Program-made: the position numbers and the translations under genes
The notes under the pieces: generated by a model
Told to the model about the DNA's origin: nothing
The model's input: the letters and a program-made list of their open reading frames with translations, nothing else
Database searches by the model: none
In this document: one piece after another, positions 1 through 12,810 of the stretch
How positions within the stretch are numbered: the first letter of the stretch is position 1
Layout: the number at the start of each line of letters is the position of its first letter
Assembly: GCF_006345805.1 (NCBI RefSeq)
Contig: NC_043012.1
Location: forward strand, 10,106,001 to 10,170,000
Length of the DNA: 64,000 nt
Direction: 5' to 3'
DNA from: Octopus sinensis
Lineage: Eukaryota

Positions 1-617
1 TTCATAATTTAATACTTTTGCTTTAAAATAACTTAGAATTTACTTCAGATTCATGCTATGCAAAAATATAGCAGCTTTGTCTTTTTTTTTTTTTTTCGAG
101 AATAGGAAGAGATATTCGGCCAAGCAATATCCATGTGTGATCACGGTGTTTGGAATCGAACAACATATTTCTTGAAACCCATTTATATTATAAAGAAAAA
201 GTAAGTGAATAAAGACAGTACAACATCAGAAACGCTTCAAGGTATTTTTTTACATCCATGCGTATAGAATTTCGCATGTAAATATTTAGTTAATGTTTTA
301 ACCTCAAACCATAAATAAGAACTTCGTGCATTTTTGTATAGTAAACAGCGGAATGAATTAAATTACTCATTTCATTCATCGGGTTGTTTTTTCGCTCAAG
401 CTTCGATATTATACTGTCCATTACTGACCTGCTAGCATTAAGTGACTGACAAATTACGTTAACGAGATTATAGAGGGCTGTAAAAGGAAAATGGAATAGA
501 AAACATTTATAACATCAAATGTTAGGAAGATTGCCTGGAAAGAATTCTGTTTCCTGTTGAAATGTTTGGATTTCTGGCCTAACGATTGGCCATTGTGAAT
601 TAGAGGAGTAAAATATA

Positions 618-658
<41 letters not shown>

Positions 659-1006
659 CTTACAAAATAAGGTCAAAAGAAAAATTCTAATGTCAAATAT
701 GCCGAAAAAAGGCAAAATTGTCAATAAGCATTATAATTTATGTGTCTCGAAACAAGCCGATAGAAATTTCCCAAAAAATCCGTTATTACCGTATTGGTCC
801 CAATTTCGGGGTTAATTCATAAGAATTTTCCCCTCCGTTGGACGGGTTTTGGGAGTCCAATAACACCCTGCACGCTTATTTGATTATGAAGATTTACAAA
901 CATACTTTCCCAGTGATACTCAGTTTACCTACCATTATAAATAATACCAAATGTTCTTTCTCAAACCTTTCACAATGTGATACACGTCTTTCGTGTAGCA
1001 ATTGCA

Positions 1007-1101
1007 TGCGGCTGAAGAGGGCTTTTAAAATATCTGTTATGTCGATTATACATTGATGTAAGAGTAAGTTGTTTTATAAAGCTCAAAACATGTGTACCGC
1101 G
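1007..1101 (+). ncRNA. Hammerhead remnant with GAAA mutated to AAAA
   Basis: TGCGG-CTGAAGA-GGGCTTTTAAAA...GTTTTATAAAGCTC-AAAA-CA TG TG-TA/CCGCG, inside an insert (~657-1140) flanked by (TA)n. Confidence 0.7.
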
Positions 1102-1140
1102 ACATCCTTTGTGTCCTGTTTTTTTATTTTATTTCATTTG

Positions 1141-1188
<48 letters not shown>

Positions 1189-1416
1189 AGAAGTTTGATG
1201 AGGAACAAACGAATTGATCCATATGGAAAATTGTGAAGGTAGAAAATGATAAAATAATTTTATAAAAAACATTTCAGAATTTTTCAACTGTAAGTATAGA
1301 AAATAATTAAATTTCAGAAAAATTAGAAATTTTTTCTTAAAAGAATATTTGTATAGTATTCAAATACAAGGGGCAGTATCCTTCTTTCTGCCTTGTTTCT
1401 ACCTTGACTTTTCTCC

Positions 1417-1470
<54 letters not shown>

Positions 1471-1747
1471 TATATATATTATATATATATATATATAATA
1501 CATATATATATATATATGCATATATATATATACATATATATATATATACATATATATATATACATATATATATACATATATATATATATATGTATACATG
1601 TATGTATGTATGCATGCGTGTATTTATGCATATGTATATATGTAAGTATATGTATATATATATATATATGTATATATATGCATACATATACGTATGTATA
1701 TATGTGCGTGTGTGTGTGCATATATATGTACGTATATGTGTGTGTGT
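1417..1747. repeat. Compound (TA)n/(TG)n microsatellite
   Basis: Direct inspection. Similar arrays at ~2080-2166, 7732-7880, 25196-25320, 34508-34633, 38630-39006, 43260-43508, 48250-48418, 52730-52870, 60170-60450 and 63420-63750. Confidence 0.95.
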
Positions 1748-1750
1748 AAA

Positions 1751-2066
1751 GGCGCTTGGCTTAGTGGGTAGAACATTCGGCTCACGGTCGTAGAGTTGTG
1801 AGTTCAATTTCCGTCGAGGTGTTGTGACCTTGAGCAAGATACTTCATTTTCAAGCTTCTCCAGTCCACTAAGTTGAAATGCAGTAGTACCTGTATTCCAA
1901 AAGGCCAGCCTTATCCCACTCTGTGTCACGCTGAATCTCCCTAAGAACCACTTTAAGGGTACAGGTGTCTGTGGAGTACTCATTCACTTACACGTTAATT
2001 TAATGAGCAGTGTGTTCTGTTGATGGTATCAACCGGGACCCACGTCGTCATAACCGACAGATGCTC
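1751..2066 (+). mobile_element. SINE family A
   Basis: Aligns to 12342-12660. Confidence 0.85.
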
Positions 2067-2093
2067 CTTATATGTGTGTATATATATATATAT

Positions 2094-2138
<45 letters not shown>

Positions 2139-2166
2139 ATATACATATATACATATAGTTATATAT

Positions 2167-3133
2167 ACAGCAATAAATTAGCAATTTTACTGGTCAAAGA
2201 ATAATATTCTCCTCTAGTTCCTAGATGCCTGTAAATTAAAACAGACTTGCCGTCTACTAATTCTTCTGTATAACTAGAACCCTCTTTTTTTTTTTTTTTC
2301 TTTTTTTCCCTTCTTTCCTATTTCTTTCTCTTTTCTCTTTTTTCTTTTTCTTTTTCTTCTTCTTATTCTCTTTTTCCTTTTCTCTTCTCTTTTAGTCCCC
2401 TTCCCCCCTTTTTTGCTCCCTCCTCCTTTATTTTCTCTCTTTTCTTCTATTCCCGTCCCTTTTCTATTCTTTGCCTCTCTAGAAAGCCCTTCAGCCTTTA
2501 AAAGTTAAATAGCTACAGCCTCTTGTATATAGCAGTAATGTGATTAATGTGGCAAATACCTAATCATATAACAAGAATTGATACCTACCTCATTGTGTTC
2601 AACCACTGATAAATTTATCGCCTGTGAATATGAAATTCCTCTTCATTTCTCTGGAAATTTACATCTACACCATTGGAGATTGTGCATCTATACAAAGGAT
2701 TAATTCACCATCTCTGTAATGCTAATAAGCAGGAATTGAGACCCACCTCGTTGTGATTAACAATGGATAAATTTGTCTTCTGTGAGTATGTAATCCCTCA
2801 TCATATCTCTGGAAATTCATATGTGCTCTATGGATTAGGTCACCTTCTCTGTGATGCTATTAAAACTTTTTTTAAATTCTGTGATAAGACTGTACATCAT
2901 CTTTAAAGAACTGTAATGAACTTTGGAAATCTGTTTATGTTTATGTTACTTAATTATCTACATTACTTCATGAGTATAGCCTCAACCACTAGGATGTCTA
3001 GAGAACTCACATGTATTTTAGCTGATGAGTACGGGACACGTTTATATGCTGTAATTTTTACAACTTTTAATAAAGCCTGTCCTTGTATGAAACGATTGTA
3101 CTAAAACCTATCCATTCTTGTTGCTTCTTTCCG
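2167..3133 (+). repeat. PLE 5' pseudo-LTR (direct repeat copy 1)
   Basis: Near-identical to 6773-7731 (offset ~4597-4606). Contains a polypyrimidine tract (~2282-2480), an internal ~160-bp diverged duplication and the HHR. Confidence 0.95.
3016..3106 (+). ncRNA. Type I hammerhead ribozyme (minimal stem III) in the PLE 5' repeat
   Basis: TTTTAG-CTGATGA-[GTAC GGGACA...TGTCCT T GTAT]-GAAA-C GATT G-TA/CTAAAA. Stem I TTTTAG/CTAAAA; predicted cleavage after A3100. Confidence 0.85.
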
Positions 3134-3307
3134 CTTATAATCACCCCGCATTACTGTATTGTTAAAACAGTATGGTTTTTTTTGGTGCATCTAAGTTAGG
3201 TACCATATTCAAGTAAATTCATTTAAATTAACTTGAATCTTTATTGCTTTTTGAATATATTCCCATACAGTCTGTATGTTTTTCTGGTACTTAATTTCTC
3301 AACAAGA

Positions 3308-6149
3308 ATGGAAAAGGTAAACATTGAGTTCTCCCCTAAAGACATCCCCTTACATAGTATAGATGAATATAATTGGCTTCTCATTCATAGGATTAATGAT
3401 TTCATTAGAAGAATCAGGTGGAAAACGTACCATTTTGATGTCAAACAGAAGAAGAAACCACAGGAAAGGAATACCGAAATGAATTTTAGAAGAATTTTTA
3501 AAAGTAGAAAAAGCCCACCTCAGAACCCATTCCTGGAGAACTTTGAGAAAGACTTGCTGAATCTTATAGATGATATTAGCTTCAAGGAACACCCGTTAAG
3601 ATATAACCCTCACCTTAGACACCTTAGGAACTTTATTCAGTCAACCCGGTGCAAACATGGAATCCTAGTACCAGCAGATAAAACGGGTAATATGTATAGA
3701 GTTGATTACGATATTTATAGCAAATTAATTAGGAAAGAGCTAAACTCCAAATATAAAATTACGACCAAGAACAATTTGAAAAAAGTAAACATGGAAATGA
3801 AAGAGATCATGGAGAAACTAAATTTAACGGATAGAACGGAGCCACTTAAACCGTGTGAGCCTAGGATCAACCTTAAAGACCACAAAAAGAACTTCTTGGA
3901 AAACCCTTCGGTAAGGCTGATCTGTCCAACTAAGTCGGACATTGGCCGACTTAGTAAATCTATCCTGGATAGTCTTCTACTACCCAAATAACCCCTCTTC
4001 TCCCCTAAACCTATGGCTAAGTACGGATGAAGTTCTAAAATGGTTTAACTCTCTAACTAATACTAGTAGTCTGTCCTTTATTCAGTTCGATATTAATAGT
4101 TATTACTCGAGTATTTCCCCTATCTTACTCAACAAATCACTAATATTTGCCATGAATCGCTCCCTCATATCTAGAGAAGAAATCAATATTGTGCTACTAG
4201 CTAGGAAGACATTTATAGAATTTGAAGATAAATTATGGACTAGAGCAGATACACCTAATTTTTTTGATATACCAATGGGTTCCAGTGATTCGGCTGAGGT
4301 AACCAACCTAGTAGGCGCATATCTATTAAAATGCATAAGCAAGGATATACCAGAAATACAGGGGGGTCTATATAGGGATGATGCTCTGTTTGTTATCCCT
4401 AGTAATAATAAATCTGTTATAGAAAGGATTAGAAAGAAAATTAATAAGTTCTTTAAGGATTTCAACCTCAGTATAACGTATGAACCGGGCACTAAAATAG
4501 TTAACTTCCTAGATATTACGCTAGACCTTAACTCCAAGCTACATTACCCATTTAGAAAGGAAGGCGAAATCACGAATTACGTAAATAAATTATCAAATCA
4601 TCCCCCAAATATAATAGAATCTTTAGTAAGAAATATTTCATTAAGAATTTCAAAATTATCATCCAATAAGGATATATTTAACTCCCATTCTGAGCATTAT
4701 AATGAGGCGTTAACTAAGGCTGGATACAACCAAAAGATTACATTCGTTGATAAGGGGAACTCACGTATTCCTAATAATGAAGTTATCAGTAATCACGTAA
4801 GCAGCAATACAGACCAAGCCCGAAATAAAAGTAGAATTAAATTAATGGTAAACGCTAATCTAGCGTACAGGCCCTACAATTCAAATAGAAGCATTGACCA
4901 GAACATAGGTAACTCGGATAACATTGAAGTAGATAAACCTAAGATGCACACAAATAAAAATAAAAATAATGGTAAAATACAATAACTCTGGTGAGATGAA
5001 TAGTAGTAATTCTACGAACCCTAAATTTAATAAAAAAGATATATATGGCTGAATATCCCTTTCAACTGTGCGATACAATCGGATATACAGAACAAATTCA
5101 AAGTAATTCTGGAAAAAAATTTCCCTATCTCTCATAGATATCATAGAATTATATCTAGGAAAACAGTTAGGATTTCTTATTCAACCCTCCCAAATATGTC
5201 CACTTTAATAGCTAAGATAAATAATAAAAACATTAAACTAGCCAGGAAAGATAGAAATAAAAATAATAATATCAGCATGAATACCAATAGCAATTATAAT
5301 AATACTACCAACAATAAAAACAACAATAGTAACTATCAAAACATAGGTGAAATTAGTAACCACAGAATGACTAATAACATTAACATTAATAGTAATAATA
5401 ACAATGCCGATATTAATAGAAGTAATAATGTTAATAATAGAAATAATAGATATAAGGCTAATGGAGAAAATAAGGAGAATGAAAATATCAGTGATATTTA
5501 TAACAACAATATGCAGCGGATAAAAAGACTAACAATAATAGTAACATTACCAATAATATAAGAAATCATGGTAGGACTTTAGACCTAAATGATGAAGCTG
5601 AAGGATCAATAAATAATAGCAATACTTTAGATATCAGCACCAACTATAGAAATGATAATCAAAATAATAGGAACCTAAGACATCTACCCAGAATAATCCA
5701 AAGCCTGAAGTTGTTCCTCCTGTGTGTAAGTGTAGAATAAAATCAAAATGCCCGGCACCTGGTCTATGTGGGGAAAATAATAATGTAATCTATAAATGTA
5801 CCATATCCACGGAGAATAACAAATATCTTTACTTTGGATGTACTATTAATTTTCTAGCCAGAGTTAGAAATCACATCTCGTCTTTTAAATTACGTCATAA
5901 AGCTGGTACCACCACACTTTCAAACAAAATCTGGGAACTCAAAAATAATAATAAAAATTATAACCTTAATGGGAAATAGTTAGGAGAGCAATTCCGTATA
6001 AAAATAGTAGGGTTGGTTGCCAACTATGCTCCATGGAGACGTATGAAATTCTAAAGCATAGAAAACATAGAAACTTATTGAATAACCATATCGAACTAGG
6101 TCAAGTTTGTGTCCACGCTAAATTGAAGACTTTAAAATATTTTAAATGA
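3308..6149 (+). pseudogene. PLE polyprotein (reverse transcriptase + GIY-YIG endonuclease), broken by several frameshifts
   Basis: ORFs 3233-3991, 3942-4985, 5196-5561 and 5722-5979 join into one protein. RT motifs FIQFDINSYYSSI, IPMGSSDS, GLYRDDALF, VNFLDITL; PLE thumb YVNKLSNHPP; WLNIPF...RISYSTLPNM; EN NNVIYKC...YLYFGCT...RVRNH, ending CQLCSME...LLN...CVHAK...stop 6149. Likely start ATG 3308 (MEKV). Frameshifts near 3990, 4980, 5044, 5520, 5700 and 5970. Confidence 0.9.
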
Positions 6150-6772
6150 TTAGAATATTCGTAACTAGATAGATAGATATAACTTGATTTCTACTAGTAT
6201 AGCACTGCTTTAAGTAGATAACTAAGAGTTCTCACACTACAGTTATCTTTTTCCTTATATCTGATTCAGTTTTTTTGAGAACAGGGAAATGAATAGTACT
6301 TATACGCTGCTTAATTGAGGCTTTATTTAATTTCAAACTCATAATTTTTAAATTCTTAATTTTAAATCTTAATTGTAATTTTTAATTTTAATTCCTAACT
6401 TAATCTAATTTAAGTAGCATAACTCTAATAAAATAAAATGAGTTACTAGAGCCCCATAATTCTATTTCAAAATTAAATAAATAAGGCTACCCCCTCGGTG
6501 ATAATATGATTATCTTCATTATGATAGACAATCCCCTTACACCTTGTAAATGATCTTCTAAGATTTGACCTGTAGTCCGTCAATGTATGAATAATAACGG
6601 CAACTCCTTAAGACAATAAAATGAATAAATTAAATAAGTAAATTTTAATGACTTTTTGATAAGATTATACTTAGATTTTCCTAATGTATTTTCTTTTGAT
6701 TTTAGCATCTGACCCCTAAACCCCTGACTGTGTTATCTCTTTAGATTCTCTTTAAATTCATAGCTGATTTCA

Positions 6773-7731
6773 ACAGCAATAAATTAGCTGTTTTACTGGT
6801 CAAAGAATAATATTCTCCTCTAGTTCCTAGATGCCTGTAAATTAAAACCAGACTTGCCGTCTACTAATTCTTCTGTATAACTAGAACCCTCTTTTTTTCT
6901 TTTTTTCCCTTCTTTCCCTATTTCTTTCTCTTTTCTCTTTTTTCTTTTTCTTTTTCTTCTTATTCTCTTTTTCCTTTTCTCTTCTCTTTTAGTCCCCTTC
7001 CCCCCCTTTTTTGCTCCCTCCTCCTTTATTTTCTCTCTTTTCTTCTATTCCCGTCCCTTTTCTATTCTTTGCCTCTCTAGAAAGCCCTTCAGCCTTTAAA
7101 AGTTAAATAGCTACAGCCTCTTGTATATAGCAGTAATGTGATTAATGTGGCAAATACCTAATCATATAACAAGAATTGATACCTACCTCATTGTGTTCAA
7201 CCACTGATAAATTATCGCCTGTGAATATGAAATTCCTCTTCATTTCTCTGGAAATTTACATCTACACCATTGGAGATTGTGCATCTATACAAAGGATTAA
7301 TTCACCCTCTCTGTAATGCTAATAAGCAGGAATTGAGACCCACCTCGTTGTGATTAACAATGGATAAATTTGTCTTCTGTGAGTATGTAATCCCTCATCA
7401 TATCTCTGGAAATTCATATGTGCTCTATGGATTAGGTCACCTTCTCTGTGATGCTATTAAAACTTTTTTTAAATTCTGTGATAAAACTGTACATCATCTT
7501 TAAAGAACTGTAATGAACTTTGGAAATCTGTTTATGTTTATGTTACTTAATTATCTACATTACTTCATGAGTATAGCCTCAACCACTAGGATGTCTAGAG
7601 AACTCACATGTATTTTAGCTGATGAGTACGGGACACGTTTATATGCTGTAATTTTTACAACTTTTAATAAAGCCTGTCCTTGTATGAAACGATTGTACTA
7701 AAAACCTATCCATTCTTGTTGCTTCTTTCCG
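6773..7731 (+). repeat. PLE 3' pseudo-LTR (direct repeat copy 2)
   Basis: Near-identical to 2167-3133; ends at ...GCTTCTTTCCG directly before (TA)n. Confidence 0.95.
7613..7703 (+). ncRNA. Type I hammerhead ribozyme in the PLE 3' repeat
   Basis: Identical to 3016-3106; CTGATGA 7619-7625, GAAA 7686-7689, predicted cleavage after A7697. Confidence 0.85.
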
Positions 7732-7739
7732 TATATAGT

Positions 7740-7824
<85 letters not shown>

Positions 7825-7844
7825 TATATATATATATATATAAT

Positions 7845-7875
<31 letters not shown>

Positions 7876-8031
7876 AGACAGATATAGAGGAGGAGTGTGG
7901 TGTGGAGTGAGAGCGAAGGCAATGGGGGAAAAGACTATGCAAGTACAAGTTGAATTTTGTTTTATCTAGCAGCGTTTTTTTTACCCGTTAATGTTTTTAA
8001 GATTTCTCACTAAATTTTGATATTGTGGATA

Positions 8032-8420
8032 AGGTGGTGAGCTGGGAGTTAGCACGCCGTGCGAAATGCTTAGCGGTATTTCGTCTGCCGCTACGTTCTG
8101 AGTTCAAATTCCGCCGAGGTCGACTTTGCCTTTAATCCTTTCGGGGTCGATAAATTAAGTACCAGTTACGCACTGGGGTCGATGTAATCGACTTAATACC
8201 TATGTCTGTCCTTGTTTGTCCCCTCTATGTTTAGCCCCTTGTGGGTTATAAAGAAATAGGTATTTCGTCTGCCGTTAAGTTCGGAGTCACCGAAGTCGAC
8301 TTTGCTTTTCATCCTTTCGGCGTCAATAAATTAAGTACTAGTTGTGCACTGGGGTCCATCTAATCGACTGGCGCCCTCCCACAAAATGTCTGGCCTTGTG
8401 CCTGATATTGTGGATATAAA
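8032..8420 (+). mobile_element. SINE family B, partial tandem
   Basis: GGCGGCGAGCTGGCAGAA-type head, GAGTTCAAATTCC B box, GTCGACTTTGCCTTTCATCCTTTCGGGGTCGAT domain. Confidence 0.88.
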
Positions 8421-9078
8421 GTGGCAGATAATTGATTTCATTAAGAAATACTTATGTATTTACCTAGGAATTATAAATTACCTGTTACAACAGGGAATAC
8501 ATTCAGTGGCATGGATTTGTGGTTGAGAATAAACCGGCTTATGTATGCTAATCCCTTTAGAAAACGGTGGTTGGTGAAGCTTTCCCGATTCACGACTGTA
8601 TTTCCGAGGATATAAGACTGGTACTTCAGGCGTTCGCGACAGTTTGTTTGACTACAGAAGCGAAATAAAAAAAAAGAATCTTGAGTATGGATATTACCCG
8701 AACGACTACGGTTTAAGTGACCCTCTTGCGTAAAGGAATAGCGGATGAAAGGCTCCTGCAGTTTCCAGCTGCAGTTCAATTGCTGGTGAGTTTGCAGGAA
8801 TGAGAAGTTCGATAACTTTTGTTCCACTTTGTTTTGGCATCATTTTTGTGTTTGGATTTAAACAGCGCAGTAACACTATATAATCAGAATGAAGAGGTGA
8901 ATCCCAGTTCAAATGTGCAGACCATTTCGTAGTCTCTAGTCAACATATATAAAAATCAAGGATGTGTATAACGTTTGTAATGTAAAACAAAGCCAGCTAT
9001 ATTTTGTCTCTGATAATTTGTTTCTTAGGAGACTTTGTGCGTTAAAACCGTTCTGCTTGCCAAGAACGAGGTCAATAA

Positions 9079-9127
9079 ATTGTCAGATACCGATGTTTCG
9101 TCTTAATTTGGACTCTTCAGTGACAAT
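9079..9127 (-). ncRNA. Compact type I hammerhead motif
   Basis: Minus strand: ATTGTCA-CTGAAGA-GTC CAAATTAA GAC-GAAA-CATCGGTA-TC/TGACAAT. 7-bp stem I; imperfect stem III. Confidence 0.7.
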
Positions 9128-12100
9128 CAGTTGATATTCTGAACAAAGTCGATTTTTTCCTTCCAATATAGGAAGTAGAAAGAGAAAAACAAAAACAAAA
9201 CAAAACGATTACTGTGAAAAGTGGCCGAGGCTAAAGTTTAATAAATATATCCACTTGAAGCAGCATTACATCAGAATAACGATGTCTTTAAACATCGTTA
9301 TCCTGATTTAAATGTGTGTTTAGAGACGTAGAAAGACATTTGCTGTTATGCTTTACCTCTAACGAACTTTTCTTAAGAGGTCTCGGAGATTGTCGTCAGC
9401 AGCAGCTCTCGTGTGATATAAAGTTTTTTTTTTATTTTTTCCCTAAATAGTTATTTTAGTTTTGTATAATTAATTTATGCTTTGCATGCAACATGAACGT
9501 GATAACTATTAGATCATTCTATAAAACATCGTTGTATACTCTACTTCCAAGTAATTCCATTCTTTATTATTATTCCAAAGTACTCCCCTACTCTCCTATC
9601 ACTAGCAATGCCAATGCTACTGATAATAGTATTAAAGCAGACCTGTCTAAATCATTACGAATATAAAGTACCTAATAACAATGATAAACCTCATGACATA
9701 TAGATTTAGACAAGAGAGTTTTTAATGTCTCATTTTCAACGCTGTTTTTAAGTGCAACCCCACGTCATAGCTGAATTCGTCGTACCATTGATATATAGTT
9801 ATGAAGTCATTCATGTAAAAATTTTGTTTTTTCTTTTCTGAGTTTATGGAAATTGTTTTGAAGTCAGTTATTTTTCTTATTTGTTTCGGAAGAAGGAGAT
9901 GATAAAGTAATAAAATGAGAAAGATTAAGACAAAATTGAAGATAAAGCTGTAAAGAAAATGTTTAATTGTTCACCATAAAATGCAAATTAAGTTGATTAG
10001 ACGTTCGTACAAATTATATGAGAATTGTGATAATAAGGTGAAGGATGATATAGGTGAAAGGTTTGGTATAGTTTTCGTATCATTGTCCACATATAACCAT
10101 CAATCTGATTACATTAGCGAAGAAGAAGCGCTACTATAAGTCTTATGGACAAAATGATTACATCAGTGGAAAGTTTGAGAAGTTGAAGGAGATTAGAATA
10201 GACACAAATATATTTACAGTATGTGATAAAATGGGGAATAACTTGTGAAGTTAGAATATCCATCAACTTAAAGCTAAGAAAATGTCTTATGTATGAAAAC
10301 AGATGAGCCTGTAGTAATTAAGACATTAATCAACGTCATAGATTATTAACTCGGGACAATCCGTTAATTTAAGCCATTAATGCTTTTGAGAAAACGAAAC
10401 GCTATAGTCAGTGCCTCTTCGCATACTACTAGTACCATGACTATGAAAATATAATTTGTATTTCTTAGTAGTACGAGTAAGCACAATGTAAAGCAAAATA
10501 TTTTGTAGAACTACAACGACAATTAAACACCAGTGAAGCATCGTCATGGCAACAAATGACCAGAGAAAGAGAAGGAGAGAGGTAGAAAAAGAGAGAAAGA
10601 GAAAGTACATGTTTAAAATCTGTTTTTCGTGATTTAAAATTTCTCCCAAATTACTTTCCTTGTATGAAAAGCAGACATATTCAAAATGCATGCAATCCCC
10701 ATTGTTTTTTCAATCCGCCCCTCTTCACTCTCTCTTCCATTCTCTTCTTATTTCTTTGTGTATTAAGATGTCAAAGTTGACGAATGTCTTCAAAGTTTTA
10801 TGTCAAGACTTCTCAAAGTCATATGGCGTGAATTTCCCGTATATTTCCTCTCTAGTAGTCATGGTTCTTTGTAGTAAAATATATAATGCTTCCTTTAATA
10901 ACCCTTCAGAACAACGAAAGAAAATTGTTTTGATGTCGAATTATAAACAACGAAGTCACTTTGAAATAATCAGCTTCAATTTCACATGTACACACCCACT
11001 AACACACACCAACATAAAATAGACAGATACACATGCCAGCACATTCACACACATATATATATGAAAAGAACTGATATGAATACATACACAAGCACATACA
11101 TAAAAAAAAAACGCCTGATATAATTCTAAGCAATTCATTTCCTTTGTTTTCGTATCATTATAGACAATACACAAATACATTAGTTCTATTTTTTCACTAC
11201 GTCGAACTATCTATTACAAAGATGTTCTAAAAAGCTTTTCCGTTGAAAATTGCATCTATTTTTTTATTGAAGATATACAAACATCAATGAGTTCTTACTT
11301 CACAATTTGGAAACTATTTTGATCCTACAGCCGACATACATCTATATAATTTTAACTTATTTCGTTCTACAAAATCTGTGTAAGGTTCTAGAATTTTAGT
11401 ATTATACTACGAATTCTGACATTAATTTATGACGACAAAGGCGTTTCTAGATTTTATCATCAGGTATATATTTCCCTATAAATTGATACTCTGTATACAA
11501 TAAGGAATTGTTTCTGAAATTTAAACATTTATGCAGTCGTTTAACTCATAAAAGGTTGGCAAATAATTGTTTCGTTCTAAGACAATTTACTGAAGTATTA
11601 AACTATATTAATTTCATTTAAAGAAAAGACAGGTGAAAATGACACGAATTCAAATTAAAATTTTTATGTATTCGAAAGTAAATAATTATAGCTCTTGCTA
11701 ATGTTTCTTTAATATTCGTATTTGTGATGAATAATTTTTCAAGTCAACATAAATACCCAACGTATGAAACACGAGCTTTTCAAAAGCAAGAAAATCATAT
11801 TCTTTATTATTTTCATACGAGCACTTCACAACATATGAATTTTTAATTGAATATTAACAAGAGCAATGCACTTCGTTATTCACTATCTTAATTGGTTCCA
11901 TTGATATATTTCCTGCAGTCAAATCAAACTAAACATCGTTCAGTTATAATAATTTTATTATTAATTCCAGCATTTAAAAATTATGATGAATGTAATACAA
12001 AGATTATCTATTGATTGAATAAAAAGAAATGTGCTGCATCATTATATGCTATGTGTACATTGGGCTATGGTTAAGCTTGTCATATATTAATACGGTAAAA

Positions 12101-12341
12101 AGAAACGGTAAAAAGAAACGTGAGTCATGTGAGAGATTTACTATGAAAGTAATAGAATGCTATTAGGCGAAAAATAAACTGAAACACACGTATTTCTTAT
12201 AAGTGTGGTGAATATTTTTTGCAAGGAATTCTCACAGAAACTACTTGTGAATAGAACAAAGCAAAATGCCAAGATTATGCTGACTTTGGATTGTCTGTTG
12301 AAAACTTATGGTAAAGATGCTTGCTTAGAGACCAACCGTGA

Positions 12342-12660
12342 GGGCGCGTGGCTTAGTGGTTAGGGCATTCGGCTCATAATCGTAAGGTTGTGAGTTCGAT
12401 TCCCGGCGACGCGTTGTGTCCTTGAGCAAGACACTTTATTTCACGTTGCTCCAGTCCACTCAGCTGGCAAAAATGAGTTGTACTTGTATTTCAAAGGGTC
12501 AGCCTTGTCACTCTCTGTGTCACGCTGATTATCCCCGAGAACTACGTTAAGGGTACACGTGTCTGTGGAATGCTCAGCCATTTGCACGTTAATTTCACGA
12601 GCAAGCTGTTCCGTTGATCGTATCAGCTGGGACCCTCGTCGTCGTAACCGGCGGAGTCTT
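12342..12660 (+). mobile_element. SINE family A (tRNA-derived)
   Basis: A box TGGCTTAGTGG, B box GTTCGATTCC, GTGTCCTTGAGCAAGACAC domain; four copies in the window. Confidence 0.9.
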
Positions 12661-12714
12661 TTAAAGAGACCAACCAAACCTAAACGTGCACAGATAAAAC
12701 CAAAGGCTACGTGC

Positions 12715-12715
<1 letters not shown>

Positions 12716-12810
<95 letters not shown>

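Larger units (their letters stand above)
2167..7731 (+). mobile_element. Penelope-like retroelement (PLE), near full length, with direct terminal repeats; probably Neptune-type
   Basis: RT plus C-terminal GIY-YIG coding region (3308-6149) between near-identical direct repeats 2167-3133 and 6773-7731, each containing a hammerhead motif; (TA)n on both flanks. A Cys-rich CKCRxKxxCPxxGxC motif between RT and EN is typical of Neptune-group PLEs (clade call is inference). Confidence 0.92.

Noticed and set aside
2571-2830. Internal ~160-bp duplication in the PLE repeat with CTGATAA...GAAA
   Set aside because: No consistent stem I or stem II, so not called a hammerhead.
2916-3104. Identical 62-aa ORF in both PLE repeats (also 7513-7701)
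   Set aside because: Identity is explained by the repeat; the ORF overlaps the hammerhead and has no motif.
11440-11470. CTGATGA...GAAA on the minus strand (similar partial cases at ~37802, ~49218 minus, ~14740 minus)
   Set aside because: Stems I and II cannot be formed; expected by chance in AT-rich DNA.
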